Below the pieces are notes generated by a model that saw only the letters and a program-made list of their open reading frames with translations, made no database searches and was not told where the DNA came from. This document shows positions 1 to 13,464 of a stretch of DNA of 64,000 bases, one piece after another. The first letter of the stretch is position 1, and each line of letters opens with the position of its first letter. The DNA comes from the human T2T-CHM13v2.0 reference genome, Homo sapiens. The stretch is taken from NCBI RefSeq assembly GCF_009914755.1, contig NC_060928.1; one strand, written 5' to 3'. Both the position numbers and the translations under genes were made by a program.

Positions 1-1981
1 TATGAGTATGCCTTTTACTAAAGTACCAGCTACAGAAGTCATGCATTTCTCAGAATTTTACCTAAAAACTGCTGTTATATTCTTTCCCTTTTTCATTTAG
101 GCATTTAAATGAGATGGGTACTTTACAGATACTCATTAGTGGATCTGATTCTTTCTCTAGCAGTCACCTTCACAGGAGGAAATAGAACTGGCATCATGCA
201 TACATTCAAATTCTAAAATTGTATTCGAGAGAATAAAAAAATTATCTTCTCTTCTTTCTCAATTTTAATTCATTTTCTCTTTTGGCTCACAAAAGGGGCA
301 CAATTAGGTGAGGTGTCATGGGGAAGAGGCCGGGGAGACAAAAGGGAAAGACATTCTCGTTAGTTGAAATTGTATTTCCTGCTTGTTAATTATCTGGATG
401 CTGAGCTACCTGACTTGAGAAAAGTAACTTTTTAAAATGTTGCCATGTCTTTGTAACAGATTATTAACATAAAGTTTAAATTTTAATTGGATATTTGGTA
501 AGTGACCTTTATTACTCCTGGAAGGAACATGATATGCAATAATTAAATAATCCCATTGGAGTCAAGAGGATTCCAAATGTCAAGATGGCATTGAAAGTGG
601 AACAGGCTGCGCTTCTAATTTTCAAAATCAAAATAGCAAAACAAACCACACACAGTAAACTCACTGAGACAATGAAAATAAGACTACTGTCCACCAACGC
701 ATTACCGATACATCTTTAGAAATATGTAAAAATAAAATCCTGAGCCCTTCATGCTTAACCACAGTAATGAATAGGACCTACTACTTAAGTGTGATTAGAT
801 GTTCTCAGGGATGAGAAGAGTATTGAATTAAATATAGTATTGAATTAAATATGTGTTTTATTATGTAAAAAATACGTCACAATGCTACATGGAAGTAGGT
901 TTGATGGAGTCATTGACATTGGAATTTACTCTGCAAAAAATTTGACTACTGCAACTCCACTAAACTTGTGATGAGGAAACTTGTGATGATGAGTGAGAGT
1001 ATGAGATTGTTCAGAAAGTAATATAATGTGTACCTTCCCAAGAAGGAGGAAGTATGTCTGTGACAGGATAAACACTGTTTGGGAATTTTAATACTGTATT
1101 TTCTTCTTCCTAAAACATCAGTTTCCTCTGATCATATTTAAGAGGTTAGCCAGCCTTATATTTCATTTCCTCAGGGTATGTCTAAGGCAGAGCAAAAAGT
1201 AAAGGGGGCAAATCAGTCTAGTTTTTGCTTTCTGAATGTTTAAGCTCTTGGAAGAACTTAGTAAATTTAAAGTATAAGTAAAAATAACAAAGAGCCTGGT
1301 GCAGATGTCAAAATAGGTCCCAATCTTGCCACTGACTAAAGTATTTTATCAAAGAGAGACAAGCTGATAAGGAAGACAAATTGTTTTCGCTATGATTACC
1401 ACTTATGAGGAGACCCGTGACAGGGCAAAGTATTCAGATTTATCATTTGACCTGAGAATTAAAAGCTCAAAGCTATTTAGTAATATGTTTAACATATATT
1501 TTAGCAAGAATGGTGTACAGGAGCAAGGTAAGCCTCTCATTCTATTGCTAAATATACTCAGTAGAGCCTTCAATTTTATCTCTGCTCCAGAGGGTTCTGG
1601 CTCTGAAGACTTTTTCTCTGACTGAAGTGATGTGATTCATCAATTTCTGCCTTTCACAATCGTAAACACAACTTTACATGCCATAAACTATTTCTTTCTA
1701 CTATGATCACTGTTAGCAAATTATTACTCCTACTTTAACTTACAACTGGACCCAATTTGTATGCAGACTTCCATCAAAACATTTGCTTTGCTTCAGCATT
1801 TCCTTAAATCAAAACCTACTGTTGGATTCTATGTTAATACAGCACATACGTATTGGGTAATCTACAAATGTATATGTAGAGTATAATTATGCATAGTTAT
1901 AAAAGTACATACACACATATCATATGTATACAAATTATGAATTATTAGGTAAACCACTTAAAGAAAATTTAGAATATACTT

Positions 1982-2070
1982 CTGATGGTTAGTATTAAGT
2001 GTCAACTTGATTGGATTGAAAGATGCAAAGTATTGTTTCTGGGTGTGACTGTGAAGATGTTGATAGAGTT
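1982..2070 (+). mobile_element. MLT2A/MLT2B (HERV-L) LTR 5' fragment
   Basis: ctgatggttagtattaagtgtcaacttgattggattgaaagatgcaaagtattg matches the MLT2 LTR start and the reverse complement of the LTR end at 33350-33440 in this window. Confidence 0.8.
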
Positions 2071-2289
2071 GCATCTGTAACTATTGTAGTACTTTCAATA
2101 TTTGTAATTTCACTTATGACTATAATTAATTATTATATATAATTATTTTGAAATGCCTACCATTGAAAACATAATTTTGAATCAACTACTGCTGCTGCTG
2201 CTATTACCACCACTACAACAAATATAATTATGACTACAGCCAGACAATATTTATTGAAAATTTATTCTTTTCCTTCCTAATCACATTGT

Positions 2290-2460
2290 AAATAATAAGC
2301 TTTTACTAAGCACTTATTTTGTGTCTTTCATTGTTTTAAGTGTTTTGTATGTATAAACGATTTCGATATTATTTTATTCTTTTAAGCTTCACAACATATT
2401 AATGAAGCAGCTACATTTGGTTAGCTACTTTAGAGATGAGGAAACAGAAGAACAGAGAAA
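2290..2460 (-). mobile_element. MIR SINE remnant
   Basis: Degenerate MIR motifs: tttactaagcacttat...tttagagatgaggaaacagaag. Confidence 0.5.
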
Positions 2461-4064
2461 CCTATAAAACTAATATGTTGCATAAAACTAACGTAACATT
2501 TTATAATATACCATTAAAATAATTTGCATTGGAAGTGGATGTTTTTTTTAAAAAAATTGTTCTTTGAAGCTTAGAATATTGAGTAATAAATCATTTGAAT
2601 AAAGTAACAGGCAACTCTTTATATATATATATATATTTTGGGGGGGTGGTAGTTCGCTTACCCTTAAATAATTTTGTTATACAAGTTTTCTATACCTCAA
2701 CAGAAAAAAGAAAAGTGAACTCTCTGGTACTGAATTCCCTAGTGTTGTCCAGAAGTCCAGCATTTTGCTACTAGAAGGAATCAATTAGGGGCATAGTATT
2801 TACCTTACTTAAATGTGATATGAAAATACCCTTGAATATGGTTTTTGTCTATTTTAGATTGCATATAATTTTATAATTACAATTTACCCTTAATTCATTT
2901 TTTATTTAAATATGTAAGTTTTAGCAGGAAAGCACCTATATTGAAAAAGATTCTCCTATAAGGTAGTAATCTGCCTTCAATTACTGTTCTCTCCTAGAAT
3001 TCGTCAATTTTCTCTATTGACTTTTTCTTGTTATTTTAATTGTAAAAATAACACTTTTGGAAGAAACCTATTGCATTAGTCATTAAAACGTTTAGAAGAA
3101 AAGCTTCAGCCATCACATCATGTTTCACCTTATAGTTCTAGAAGACAAAAACCATAATTGTGTTACCAATGTGCCCTCCCATAACATAGTTCCTAAATGA
3201 TTCATCTTTATAAAAAAATGTTTTTAAGACTGATAAGAAAGATTTAAAAGAGAAGAAATATGATCTTATCTTCTTTTCTACAATCCATAAGCCAATATAG
3301 AACAGGAAAGTGTTTTTAAGTAATGCTATTTCATGCTGAACGTGAACAGCACAGGGAAGATTATTTTTCCTATGGAAAGGAAAGTCAAATGGCCAAAAGC
3401 TTATTACTTACTACATAGCCCAAGATACAAATATGAGTAGCAGGTATTTCCAAATGAAAGTGCCACATAAAGGCAGCAGTACAGTCAAATATGAAAATTT
3501 TTCAAAGAATCTGATATATAAGCACAAATACTGAAGGAAAATAGTTTCTATAATCTTTTGCTATTTGTGATATTTGGAATCAAATGAAGCCATTCCATTT
3601 AACTTTCCACAGGCAAAAAAGATTATCCTGTATTTCCCTTAAAAGATAAATGAAAACTTATAAGAAAAACATTGCTTGTAACCTACATAACCTACAGGCA
3701 CAGCACAGTCATATTAAGCCCGTTTTGAACACAGTGGTGCAGATCATGACTTGGGAACATTTTTCATTATCTAGGCAGATGACATCACAACAAGTCAATT
3801 TAACATTTTGGTAAAGAAAAATCTCACTACTTGATCACACTGTGATAAAAATAAGTTTATAGTTGGTTGACATTGTTCTGAAAAGAGAAGCTTCTATCAT
3901 ACAATCATTTGTATCTTACATTTAAATATTTTATATTTCTTTCACTTCAACTTTCATGCTTTCTAAACAGAAAGAAGCCAGGTAATGAATATTAAAAAGA
4001 ATAATATTTGAAAGAGAGATATCTGTGTATTTACTAACACAAATACATAAAAGACACTTTTCCA

Positions 4065-4455
<391 letters not shown>

Positions 4456-4890
4456 TCAATGCTATATATGTTAGATCTCATGAAATTATGGCACCTGAAG
4501 AATTTGCTCATCCTTTAGTTGCTATATAATTAGTTTATTCCAAAGTGTCTCAATGTCTTCTCTAGTCATTAAGTTCGAGTGATCTCAAAAGCAATGAGAA
4601 GTTTTTATTTTTCCCCGTTATCTGTCAACACAAGTTGGTATTTTCCAAAATACTAAATAAGGCCAAAGTTTATAATAATATAATTCATATATGCAAAACA
4701 ATTTACATATGTATTGCTATCATTACTCTTAACCTTTGAATAATATTTTAAGCATAGAAAAATTTTTTTCATTATCTATTAGATATTTTTGTTTCTCTGA
4801 GCAACGCTGTGAAATAAATAGCATTGGGATTTTATAGCTTTTAATAAATGAGGACCTAATGCTCATTGAAAGGAAAAATGAGTTGCCCAC

Positions 4891-5525
4891 TGTTGGAAAG
4901 TCATTCTCCATGTATATCTTGCATTTCTGCCTATCCTTTGAGCAAAGGTATTGATATATTTTGATTAGAGACTATGTTTTCAAGAATATTTATATAGCAA
5001 ATAGCCTGGGATAAGATTTTAACACATTCTCACTAGAATGAATCATATTGTAAAGACTGACAGTACTAAGCATTGGTAAAGATATGGAGCAATGGTGACT
5101 TTTATTTTAACATTGAAAACATGCTGGGACTGGGCATTTCATCTTTTGTGGTTCTACGATTCTTAAAATCAAAACATAGGTTTGATTTTCACCATAATCT
5201 GATGACAACTGCAGATATTGTGGGTATCCCTTTAAATATTTCCATAAAGGCTTTCTGGCTTTCCTGGTATGCCTTGAATTGTTCATTGTTTGACTTGAAC
5301 CTGTCATTCTCTTTCTTTAAATTTTCTAGGACCCTAGACAAAATCCAGGCAACTCCAAAATCTTTAACGCTATTGCTCCATTAAAACTCAAGTGCTAGAG
5401 CTATTGCAATGAACAATATTTCAGTTTTCTTCTTTCTCTGACCCAACATTGCTGTGTCTTTGGTGCCAAGGTAACATTTTAGCTAGCACATAGCATAAGT
5501 TTTAGACACTTCATAGTTCTTGACA
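4891..5525 (+). mobile_element. 5' LTR (LTR40-like)
   Basis: tgttggaaagtcattctccatg...gactatgttttcaagaat... and end agacacttcatagttcttgaca resemble the LTR40 family termini. Confidence 0.7.
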
Positions 5526-7620
5526 ATTTTGGTGACAAAGCTTACATGCTAAAAGAGAAATGATTTTCTCAAACTGAAAATATAAAGGCTATCTATGTGA
5601 TAGAAGATACAAAAACCACTCTGGGAAATGGTAGGGAATGCTCTTTCCCAAGTTATGGACAAGGAGGACTGAAATAGGATCCCTCCGTTGTCCTATCTGT
5701 TAATGAGTATTGAAACAAGGTGCCCAAATTATTCTTTGGGTGTTAATCGCTTTCCTCTTAGCAGGATAAAAGAAAAGGTCCAGGGGTTCCTAAAAGTGAA
5801 ATAAGTCATATCAGCAATGAGGAGGTGGAGCCTTGTCTGGGACAAAACCATAACTTTGTTTAGTTAAGTCCAGGCAGATGATATGATGCACAAAATGGGA
5901 AGCAAATGCAAAATATTGCTTGCTGCAACAAAGCCACTCTCTCACTCCATACATTTTTAAATTTACCCTTCTCTCAATCCCAGCATCAGCCACTTTAAGG
6001 AGAAAGATGATTAAAAGTGGGGCCAAGGTCTCCTTGTGTCCAAGTAGGAGTGAAGGGCATACATTCCTAGATTTCAACTTCTATGGCTTTGCTCAGTCAA
6101 TGGTATTCAATTGATTAACCTACTTAGATCCATTGGGTATGAAGGTAAATGGTTTCAACAAAGTGAGTTTAGGCAGGGTTTACAGTGAGAAAGAGAACTA
6201 ACATGTCTCTGAGGGTTATTTATGTTATTTTGCTTCTTCAATTTTCTCTTTCTGTTACTTCTAGGTCTGAGTGTGTAGTAAAAATTATGTGGGTTAATAT
6301 GCTTGTACTTCCTTATTCTATAAGTGCCAAAGACAATTATCTCTACCAGGGAAGAGCTGCAAGTGTAGAAGAGCTAGTAAGACAAACTTCCTGCCATTTG
6401 CCACCAGCAACTGAGTCATGATCTAATGCAAATACTTCTACCCTATGATTTGCAAAGTTTTTACTGTATAAATGACATTCTTTTGATTAATAAGTTAGAA
6501 GCCTCAGTTGCAATGTCCCTGATTGTGGAGTCATCACAGCTCTCTCAGAAGGGATGCCTAAATAACTTTGAAAAAATTCAGGATCCTGAATGCCAAGTAG
6601 TTTCCAAGGCTTATGCAGGTTGATTCACAATACTCTACCCCTTTAGCAGTGGTAGAAGTACTGCCACCACTTCAGTGCCAAGAGCCAGAAAGGTGACTCA
6701 ACTCTCATTGTACTATTTGGGTATTGAAATCAGTCCAAGTCTGTATTTTAGTTTTTCCATCTGGAGCCTCCAGCGGCAGTGGCCTCTGCCTCTTAGAGCA
6801 ATTCCCTGTTGTTCTGGACTTGTAACCTCACTGACATGACTACTTTTTTGAAAAGCAACTTGCTACTGAGGGCTTATTGAAATGGGACACCTAACCTATA
6901 GAGACCCTATGATTCTCTGGCCTGATATTTTTATATTGGGATGGGTCAACTAGTACTCAATAATTAAAATAGGAGAGCTTCCTAAAGCCTAGCTATATGT
7001 GTCTGTTATCAATATATTGCCTCTAAACTTTAAATTCATCCTTCATTACTGTGAAATAATAAAAACCAAATTCCTTGAACCATTTCTCCTTTACAAAGTA
7101 TATCATGTTTTCTGGATAAAAGGTACGGGAGAAACTGTTGCCTTCTGCACACCCACACCAATAGTTCCTGTTCAGTGGAATGAATGTGAGGACAAATGGT
7201 GGAGATTTCCTCAAGCCGCAGGTCCAAAACACATGGTCCCTTGGCAGCCTTGCAGTTTTGGTTTGACCTGGCAATGACCTTCCTATGACTTTCTAAAGAG
7301 AGAATCCAGTATCCTGGGAGTCTCTGCATACACTAGCACCACCATTCTCTCAGCAGATTGAGTCCCAGAGGCTCACCACCAGACCCTCACTGTTACTACT
7401 GAACACCCACCCTTCACCATACACTGCTGAAGGCTTTTATATGGTGTGATTGCATCCCACAGAGTTTCCACTTAGCTGCAAATCCTTCTGCAGATTTGTA
7501 CATACACTGATCTTTTTCTCTGCAGAACAGCAGGCACTCACCTGCACCCTTAAACCACACTTTTCTGCATAACCTCACCACTAGTTCCTGGTTACCTGAA
7601 TATCTTGCATGTACTCTGAA

Positions 7621-9563
7621 GTAAAAGAAGAAAAGTGAATTCATGAAGCCATCACTGTAGCTATGCTGACAGACATAAAAACCATGCACTTTTTGTGAAA
7701 TACCTTCCTATCCCATATTAAAAATGCAGCTTTTATGGGTGGAGGATTTTTATAAGAAAGTCATTACTATAGACTCTAATGTCATTTGAGGAAAAGCAAA
7801 GTCATAACATGATAACTTAAAGCAAAAGGAAGGTAAAGGTTCTAAAGCTGGATAATTTAATGTAAGCCAAAGATAATTTGATAATTTTAGAAACAGATTT
7901 GGCTTAAAAAAAATCAAGGTTACAGTAGAAGCATATTCTGCTAAGCAAGATGCGACAGACAAGTTCCTAGATGTCATTAAGAAAACCATTGAGAAGAAAG
8001 GCTATCTGCCTGAACATGTTTTTAATGCAGAAGAAATGGCCTTATCCTGGAAAAAAAAAAAGCCACAAAGAACATTTATTAGTGAGAAAGAGAAACAAGT
8101 AGCAAGATTTAAGGAAAGAAGAGATCAGCCAACTCTACTGTTTTGTCCAAATGTAGTCATCTTTATGGTAAGTGCTATAATAGCACTAATCTACAAAGCT
8201 GCTACTGCCTACAACTTGAAGGGAAAAGATAAACACAAGCTTCCAGTTTTGGGGTTGCATCAGAAGAAAGCATGTATAATGAGAAGACTTTTTCTGGATT
8301 GGTTCCATTGATGTACCTGAAGTCAGGAAGTACCTTGCCAGTAAGGGACTGTCTTTTACAGTTCTTTTGATATTGGACAATGCCTCTGGCCAACCAGAAA
8401 TCCATGAGTTCAATACTAAAGATGTCAAAGAGGTCTATATGCTCTTAAATGCACTGTCTCTAAATCAGCTTCTAGATCAGGGAGTCATGAGGGCCTTTAA
8501 GGCTCATGACACATGATACTCTATACAAAGGATTGTCAACACCGTGGAGGTAAAACCTGATAGATAGAACATCATGAAAGTTGGTGGAAAGATTTCACCA
8601 CTGAGGATGCCATTGTTGTAACAGAAAAAGCTGTGAAAGCCATCAAGAGTGAAACAATAAATCCCTGCTGGAGGAAACTATATTCAGATGTCGTGCATGA
8701 CTTCACAGGATATATGACATAGCAAATCAAGAAAACCATGAAAGAGATTGTGGATGTGGCAACAAAAATGAGGGGTAAAGGGTTTCAGGATATGGATCTT
8801 GGAGAAATTCAAGAGCTAACAGATACCACACCAGAGGAATTAAAGGAATACTACTTGATGGAGATGAGTGCTTCCAAACCAGTGCTAGATCATGAGGAAA
8901 AAGACAGAAGAAGCAGCACCAGAAAACCAATTGACATTTGACACAGTGGCAGAGAGATCTGATTATTCAAGACTGCTTGTGATTTCTTTTATGACATAGA
9001 CATTTCTATGATACCAGAACTGAAACTAAAGCAAATGGTAGAAGAAAGATTTGTACTGCATAAAAATATTTTTAGAAAAGCAAAAGTCAAATAGAAATTA
9101 TTATGTATTACTGTTAACTTACATCAAGTGTCCCTGCATTTCCTGCCTCCCTTTCAACCTCATTTACCTGTTCCACCTCTGAGATAGCAAGACCAGGACC
9201 TCCTTTCTCTCCTCCTCTGCAGCCTACTCAATGGGAAGACAATGAGGATGAAGTTCTTTAAAATGATCCACTTCCACTTAATAAGTAGTTACTATATTTT
9301 CACTTCCTTATAATTTTCTTAATAGTATTTTCTTTCTCTGGCTTACTTTGTTGAAAGAAAACAGCATATCATACATATCATACATATATCATACATATAA
9401 CATACAAAATATGTGTTAATCTGCTGTTTTGCTATTGCTAAGGCTTCCAGTCGACAGTAAGCTATTAATAGTTAAGTTTTGGGGGAATTAAAAGTCATAC
9501 ATGGATATTTGACTATGTGGAGGGTCAGTGTTCCTAATTTTTGTGTCATTCCAAAGTCAACCG
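7621..9563 (+). mobile_element. Tigger2 DNA transposon (pogo-like), left end missing; transposase pseudogene
   Basis: Transposase remnants (GYLPEHVFNAEE..LSWKK.PQRTFISE; RLFLDWFH; LLILDNA). The 3' end gctattaatagttaagttttggggg...ccaaagtcaaccg is followed by TA. Confidence 0.88.
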
Positions 9564-10085
9564 TACTTACTTGGCTGCTAGGTATGCCATCCCTAACATA
9601 CAACTCTGACCATGATTTGATTGTCATTCCTCTTAAGCTTACCTGGAAGACAATCAGAAACTGCAGAAATGGTCCCAGTTTAAAGCAGCTATAATTGTTT
9701 TCTATTCTCCATCATTCCTTTGGGTGGATGAATGCAACCTGGCTGGTGGCATGAACAAACAGGACAGGTGGTACTGACTGATCTCAGGTATTTCTCTATA
9801 AAAGGACTAGACTCAATTATTCTAAATGAACTGGGAACTCTAACTCCAATCAGCCTGTTGGGTGACCACATAGGGAGTATTTCACCTTTGCCTCCCTATT
9901 AATGCAGGTCCTATCTGGAAAGCCCCAACAAGTGTAAATATTGCTTTCTTTCCAGGGGCACTATGTGCACTTTTGGGACTCTATTTTCTGTATGTAAATT
10001 AGCCATTAATTTGCCTCTCGACTTGACACAGTGACTTGAATCTTGGGCAGGTCATACGTTACCTTCAAGTATTTAAAGAAATATC

Positions 10086-10400
10086 ACCTCAGTCTTGGAA
10101 GGCATTTGGTTCAACTTTAACTCACTGGCTAGAGTGGTTATGGAATGTGTGCAATCTTGCTGTACCTAGATTAATGCCTCAGGACAAATGGAAATGTCAG
10201 TAAGTAACGTGGCTTTGTATGGTAGATATTGATGGTTTAGCGAGTTTTCTCAGCCAGGACCTGGAGGGCATGGCTGAAGTCAATACTGCAGATCGAGCTC
10301 ATCCTTTTGCTTGGAGTCCTGTTGATAACAACCTTATTCAATGCAGTACAAGAAAAAAAAATGATCAGATTAGGTTTCAGCTCCTATTGAACAGATTAAT
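10086..10400 (+). pseudogene. env: Retroviral env transmembrane (TM) subunit remnant
   Basis: Frame from 10086 reads TSVLEGIWFNFNSLARVVMECVQSCCT*INASGQME. Downstream, after a frameshift, is WRAWLKSILQIELILLLGVLLITTLF, a membrane anchor, just upstream of the 3' LTR. Confidence 0.7.
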
Positions 10401-10474
10401 CAGAGGAGATGAGTGAAGTGCTCATGAAAAAATTCATCTGAAGCCAAGTAGGCATAAAAACATAGAGTTGTTAA

Positions 10475-10945
10475 TGTTAGAAGAAAATCCTCAATGGATC
10501 CCTTATGTTTCTTCTGTTCTTCTCAGGAAAGACTTTCTTTCTGGACTATCTTCTCAAAATTTCTGTATAGCAGCGATTTTAGTAGTGTACTGGATAGTGT
10601 CTTCCTCCAAACAGAGGCTAGATTTCTTTTCTGATCAAGTCAACAAAGATCTCTCCGTGATGGGCACAGACTGGCAGGTTTACCACCAGCTCATCTATAA
10701 CAATTGGGGTTTCCTAAGCTTGGGGATACAGAGCTGTGATGTCCACATTGCCCTCGTGTGATTGGGATCAAGTGGAAACCAATACAAACATGCAACTCAT
10801 ACTACCTGGTGTTTTGTGAGTAAAAGTCATTGTTAGAGCAAATAATTTTATATTTTCTGCCAGTATCCATTAACCTATGCAACCACATTGTTAGCTTGCA
10901 GGTAGTGTAAAACCTCAGACCCGTCACTGGTCACTGGTCTTGCTA
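10475..10945 (+). mobile_element. 3' LTR (LTR40-like)
   Basis: tgttagaagaaaatcctcaatgg...ctggactatctt...ttgttagcttgcaggtagtgtaaaacctcagacc...cttgcta, followed by the TSD. Confidence 0.75.
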
Positions 10946-12324
10946 CCCACATTTACTCCTCTGTCATGCAAAGGAAACAAGACTAGAATCTAGATCTCAT
11001 ATTTCTCAGTAATACAATTTTTACATGCAATCATGATATTTGTTATTACTCCTAAGCTATCCACTGGGAATATACGCTCTAAATACATTCTGACATAATA
11101 AAAAAGTATTCCATGTGTCCTTATTTCTAATATTTAAGAATACATTTCTTGGAATAAACAGCAACATCCAGAAGTTTATTGAAATCATGTTTTCCTATAG
11201 GAAGAGTTCACCACAGTCACGTTGATTTTAAACTTGGGAATCTTATTTTTTTATTTCAAATTGAAACTGAGAGAGTAATCAGCAACAACAGGGCTGTAGG
11301 GGAAAACAGATGCTGAAGTAAAAGTAGCTTTGGTTCTTCGAATTACAGAGATTTACTTTGTTACAAGATTTATGTACAACCTAAAGCAATGCACATTAAA
11401 AAATACATCCTGGGTGATTAATCTGCAGTCTTTGGAAAAAACAATGCAAACTTGAAATTTTTTGATAAAAACTTTAAAATAATGTGCTTCGGGAGTTATA
11501 TGTCATAATTCTTAGATAATTCAAGATATTAAAATTCTCATAAAAGCTATAATAGAAAAGTTAGTATTTATAATTTATAATATGGCATATAATAAATTAA
11601 TTTGAGCATTTGATTTTATGACATAAGATTATGTTATTACATATTTATAACCATCATGTAAATATAATGAATTTCTACAAACAGATTATTCTTGAAGTAT
11701 ATTTATCACAAATCACATAGAACCTTGTTTCTTCAAAAAGTGTAGGCTAGTTCTGAGAATAATTAACTGACGATAACCTTAATAAAACGAACACAATAAA
11801 ATACGTTTTATTTATTTTGATAGGAATTCATTCAGAATCAACTGAGTCTAAATTATAAAATAAATTTAACCAGGCTGCAAAATAGCCTTTATATATTTAT
11901 ATTAATAAAATACATAAATAATATATAGTATGTATTTATTAGCCTACTTAATTCATGAATGTACTGCTTCAAAAAATCTTTGGATTCCTAGATCTAGTTT
12001 CAATATGAAGGAAAAAAATGTTTAAGAGTAGTGTATCCTGTCCAGGGGAACTGTGACAGTTTCTGAATAAGTACATCTTGTGTTATGCAAAAGATATATA
12101 TTTAATTCATCCTTCTCAAATTCTTGTGTTTTTACCAAGCTATATAATTTTAAAACATGAAGAATTCTCCATGTAATAAATATTTTAAGGTTTTTGTTTC
12201 AGCCTAAATACCTTTCTCAACATTTCAGGCACAAGTAAATCTATACCATTTTGCTATTGCTCATAATTTCTTTTTTTCTCCACTTTTTAAAATTCTCTAT
12301 TTCATTTTGAATTATGCCTACCAT

Positions 12325-12492
12325 TGTAGGTTTAATTATTTCTCCACAAAAGATATGTTGAAGTGTTAAACCCCACTGCTTATAAATGTGAGCTAATATG
12401 AAAAGAGGGTCTTTGCAGCTGTAATTATGTAGGAAGTCATACTGAATTAGGGTAAACCTTAAATCCAATATGAATGGTATCCCTATAAGAAG

Positions 12493-12539
<47 letters not shown>

Positions 12540-12750
12540 AGAGTGATGCATCTATAAGCCAAGGAACACCAGTGATTTCCGGCAATAAACAGAAGCTAAA
12601 ATAAACAAGTAACGACTCCCATATAAACTTTACAGAGATGCTCTGCTAGGTGCTAGATTTCAGACTTCTAGAACTGTGAAGGAATAAATTTCTGTTGTTT
12701 TAAGTCACCGAGTTTGCAATCCTTTGTACATAAGCTAGGAAACTAAGCCA
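12325..12750 (+). mobile_element. MLT1B/MLT1C MaLR solo LTR
   Basis: caaaagatatgttgaag...gggtctttgcag...aagccaaggaacacc...agaactgtga..aataaatttctgttgttttaag. Confidence 0.85.
12494..12536. repeat. (CA)n microsatellite, about 21 units
   Basis: Uninterrupted CA run seen directly. Confidence 0.98.
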
Positions 12751-13464
12751 CCTACATACTCAGTATATTCCATTCAGCCAAAAGTGTTGCAGAGAGATAT
12801 TTATATAATAATCATTGAGCTATTTAAAAATAATGACCCCAGAAAAACTTTTAACTCTATACAACTTGGAATAATATTAACATGTTTAAACTAGACGGGT
12901 TTGATCAATTCACTGAAAATTATTTAAAATATATATCATTGAGTCAAGAACTGAAACAAGTTTCATTCATAAACACAAAGGCATATAAAGATAGATGCTT
13001 ATGACGTACTCTTATCAACTTCAATCGGGAATGAAATAGAAAAGCCTAAGTAAAATCTGTAATTCCAACGTAAAAGATGTTTCCTTACATTTAAGAAAAA
13101 AGTAAAATAATTGTCATGCGTATATTTTTGCACAGTTGTTGTTTTTTCTTGCACTTTTCACTCATTAAATTTTTTCAGGCCTTGGATTATTAATATGTTC
13201 TAGTCAAGAAAAAGGTCCTCAGCATTATGATTGATCAACATGTATTCAGTTTCACTAAAATTCAGTTGTATCTTGTGGGAATTGTATTGAAAAATGTTCA
13301 GTTCCTGAAGCATCAATTCAGTTTATGAACCTGAAAAATGGTTAAAAAATAAAGTGTGCTAGTTCCTTGGTCTGATTACCAGCAGAATTGGCAACATCAA
13401 GGGAAAGCTTAAGAAATTTAAACGCTTGGGATTAATTCTTGAACCATTTTTTAAAGAAAGAATC

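Larger units (their letters stand above)
4891..10945 (+). mobile_element. Two-LTR ERVL-class provirus (LTR40/HERVL40-like), degraded, interrupted by Tigger2
   Basis: 5' LTR begins TGTTGG at 4891 and ends cttgaca at 5525, followed by a PBS-like ttttggtg. A related 3' LTR lies at 10475-10945. The 5-bp TSD cccac is at 4886-4890 and 10946-10950. Confidence 0.75.

Noticed and set aside
1490-1535. Possible micro-exon (ttttag|caagaatggtgtacaggagcaag|gtaagc)
   Set aside because: Weak polypyrimidine tract. Such motif pairs are common by chance and cannot be supported without RNA data.
1982-2070. MLT2 fragment as the missing 3' LTR of the HERV-L at 31220-33440
   Set aside because: It is in the opposite orientation, 29 kb away, only about 90 bp long, and shares no TSD.
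7290-7620. Possible separate inverted LTR with a TATA-like motif
   Set aside because: I could not assign a family or termini. It is more simply ERV internal sequence between pol and env.
9360-9410. Short repeat arrays as CRISPR-like or functional arrays
   Set aside because: These are simple (CATAT)n-type slippage repeats without unique spacers, in a eukaryotic context.
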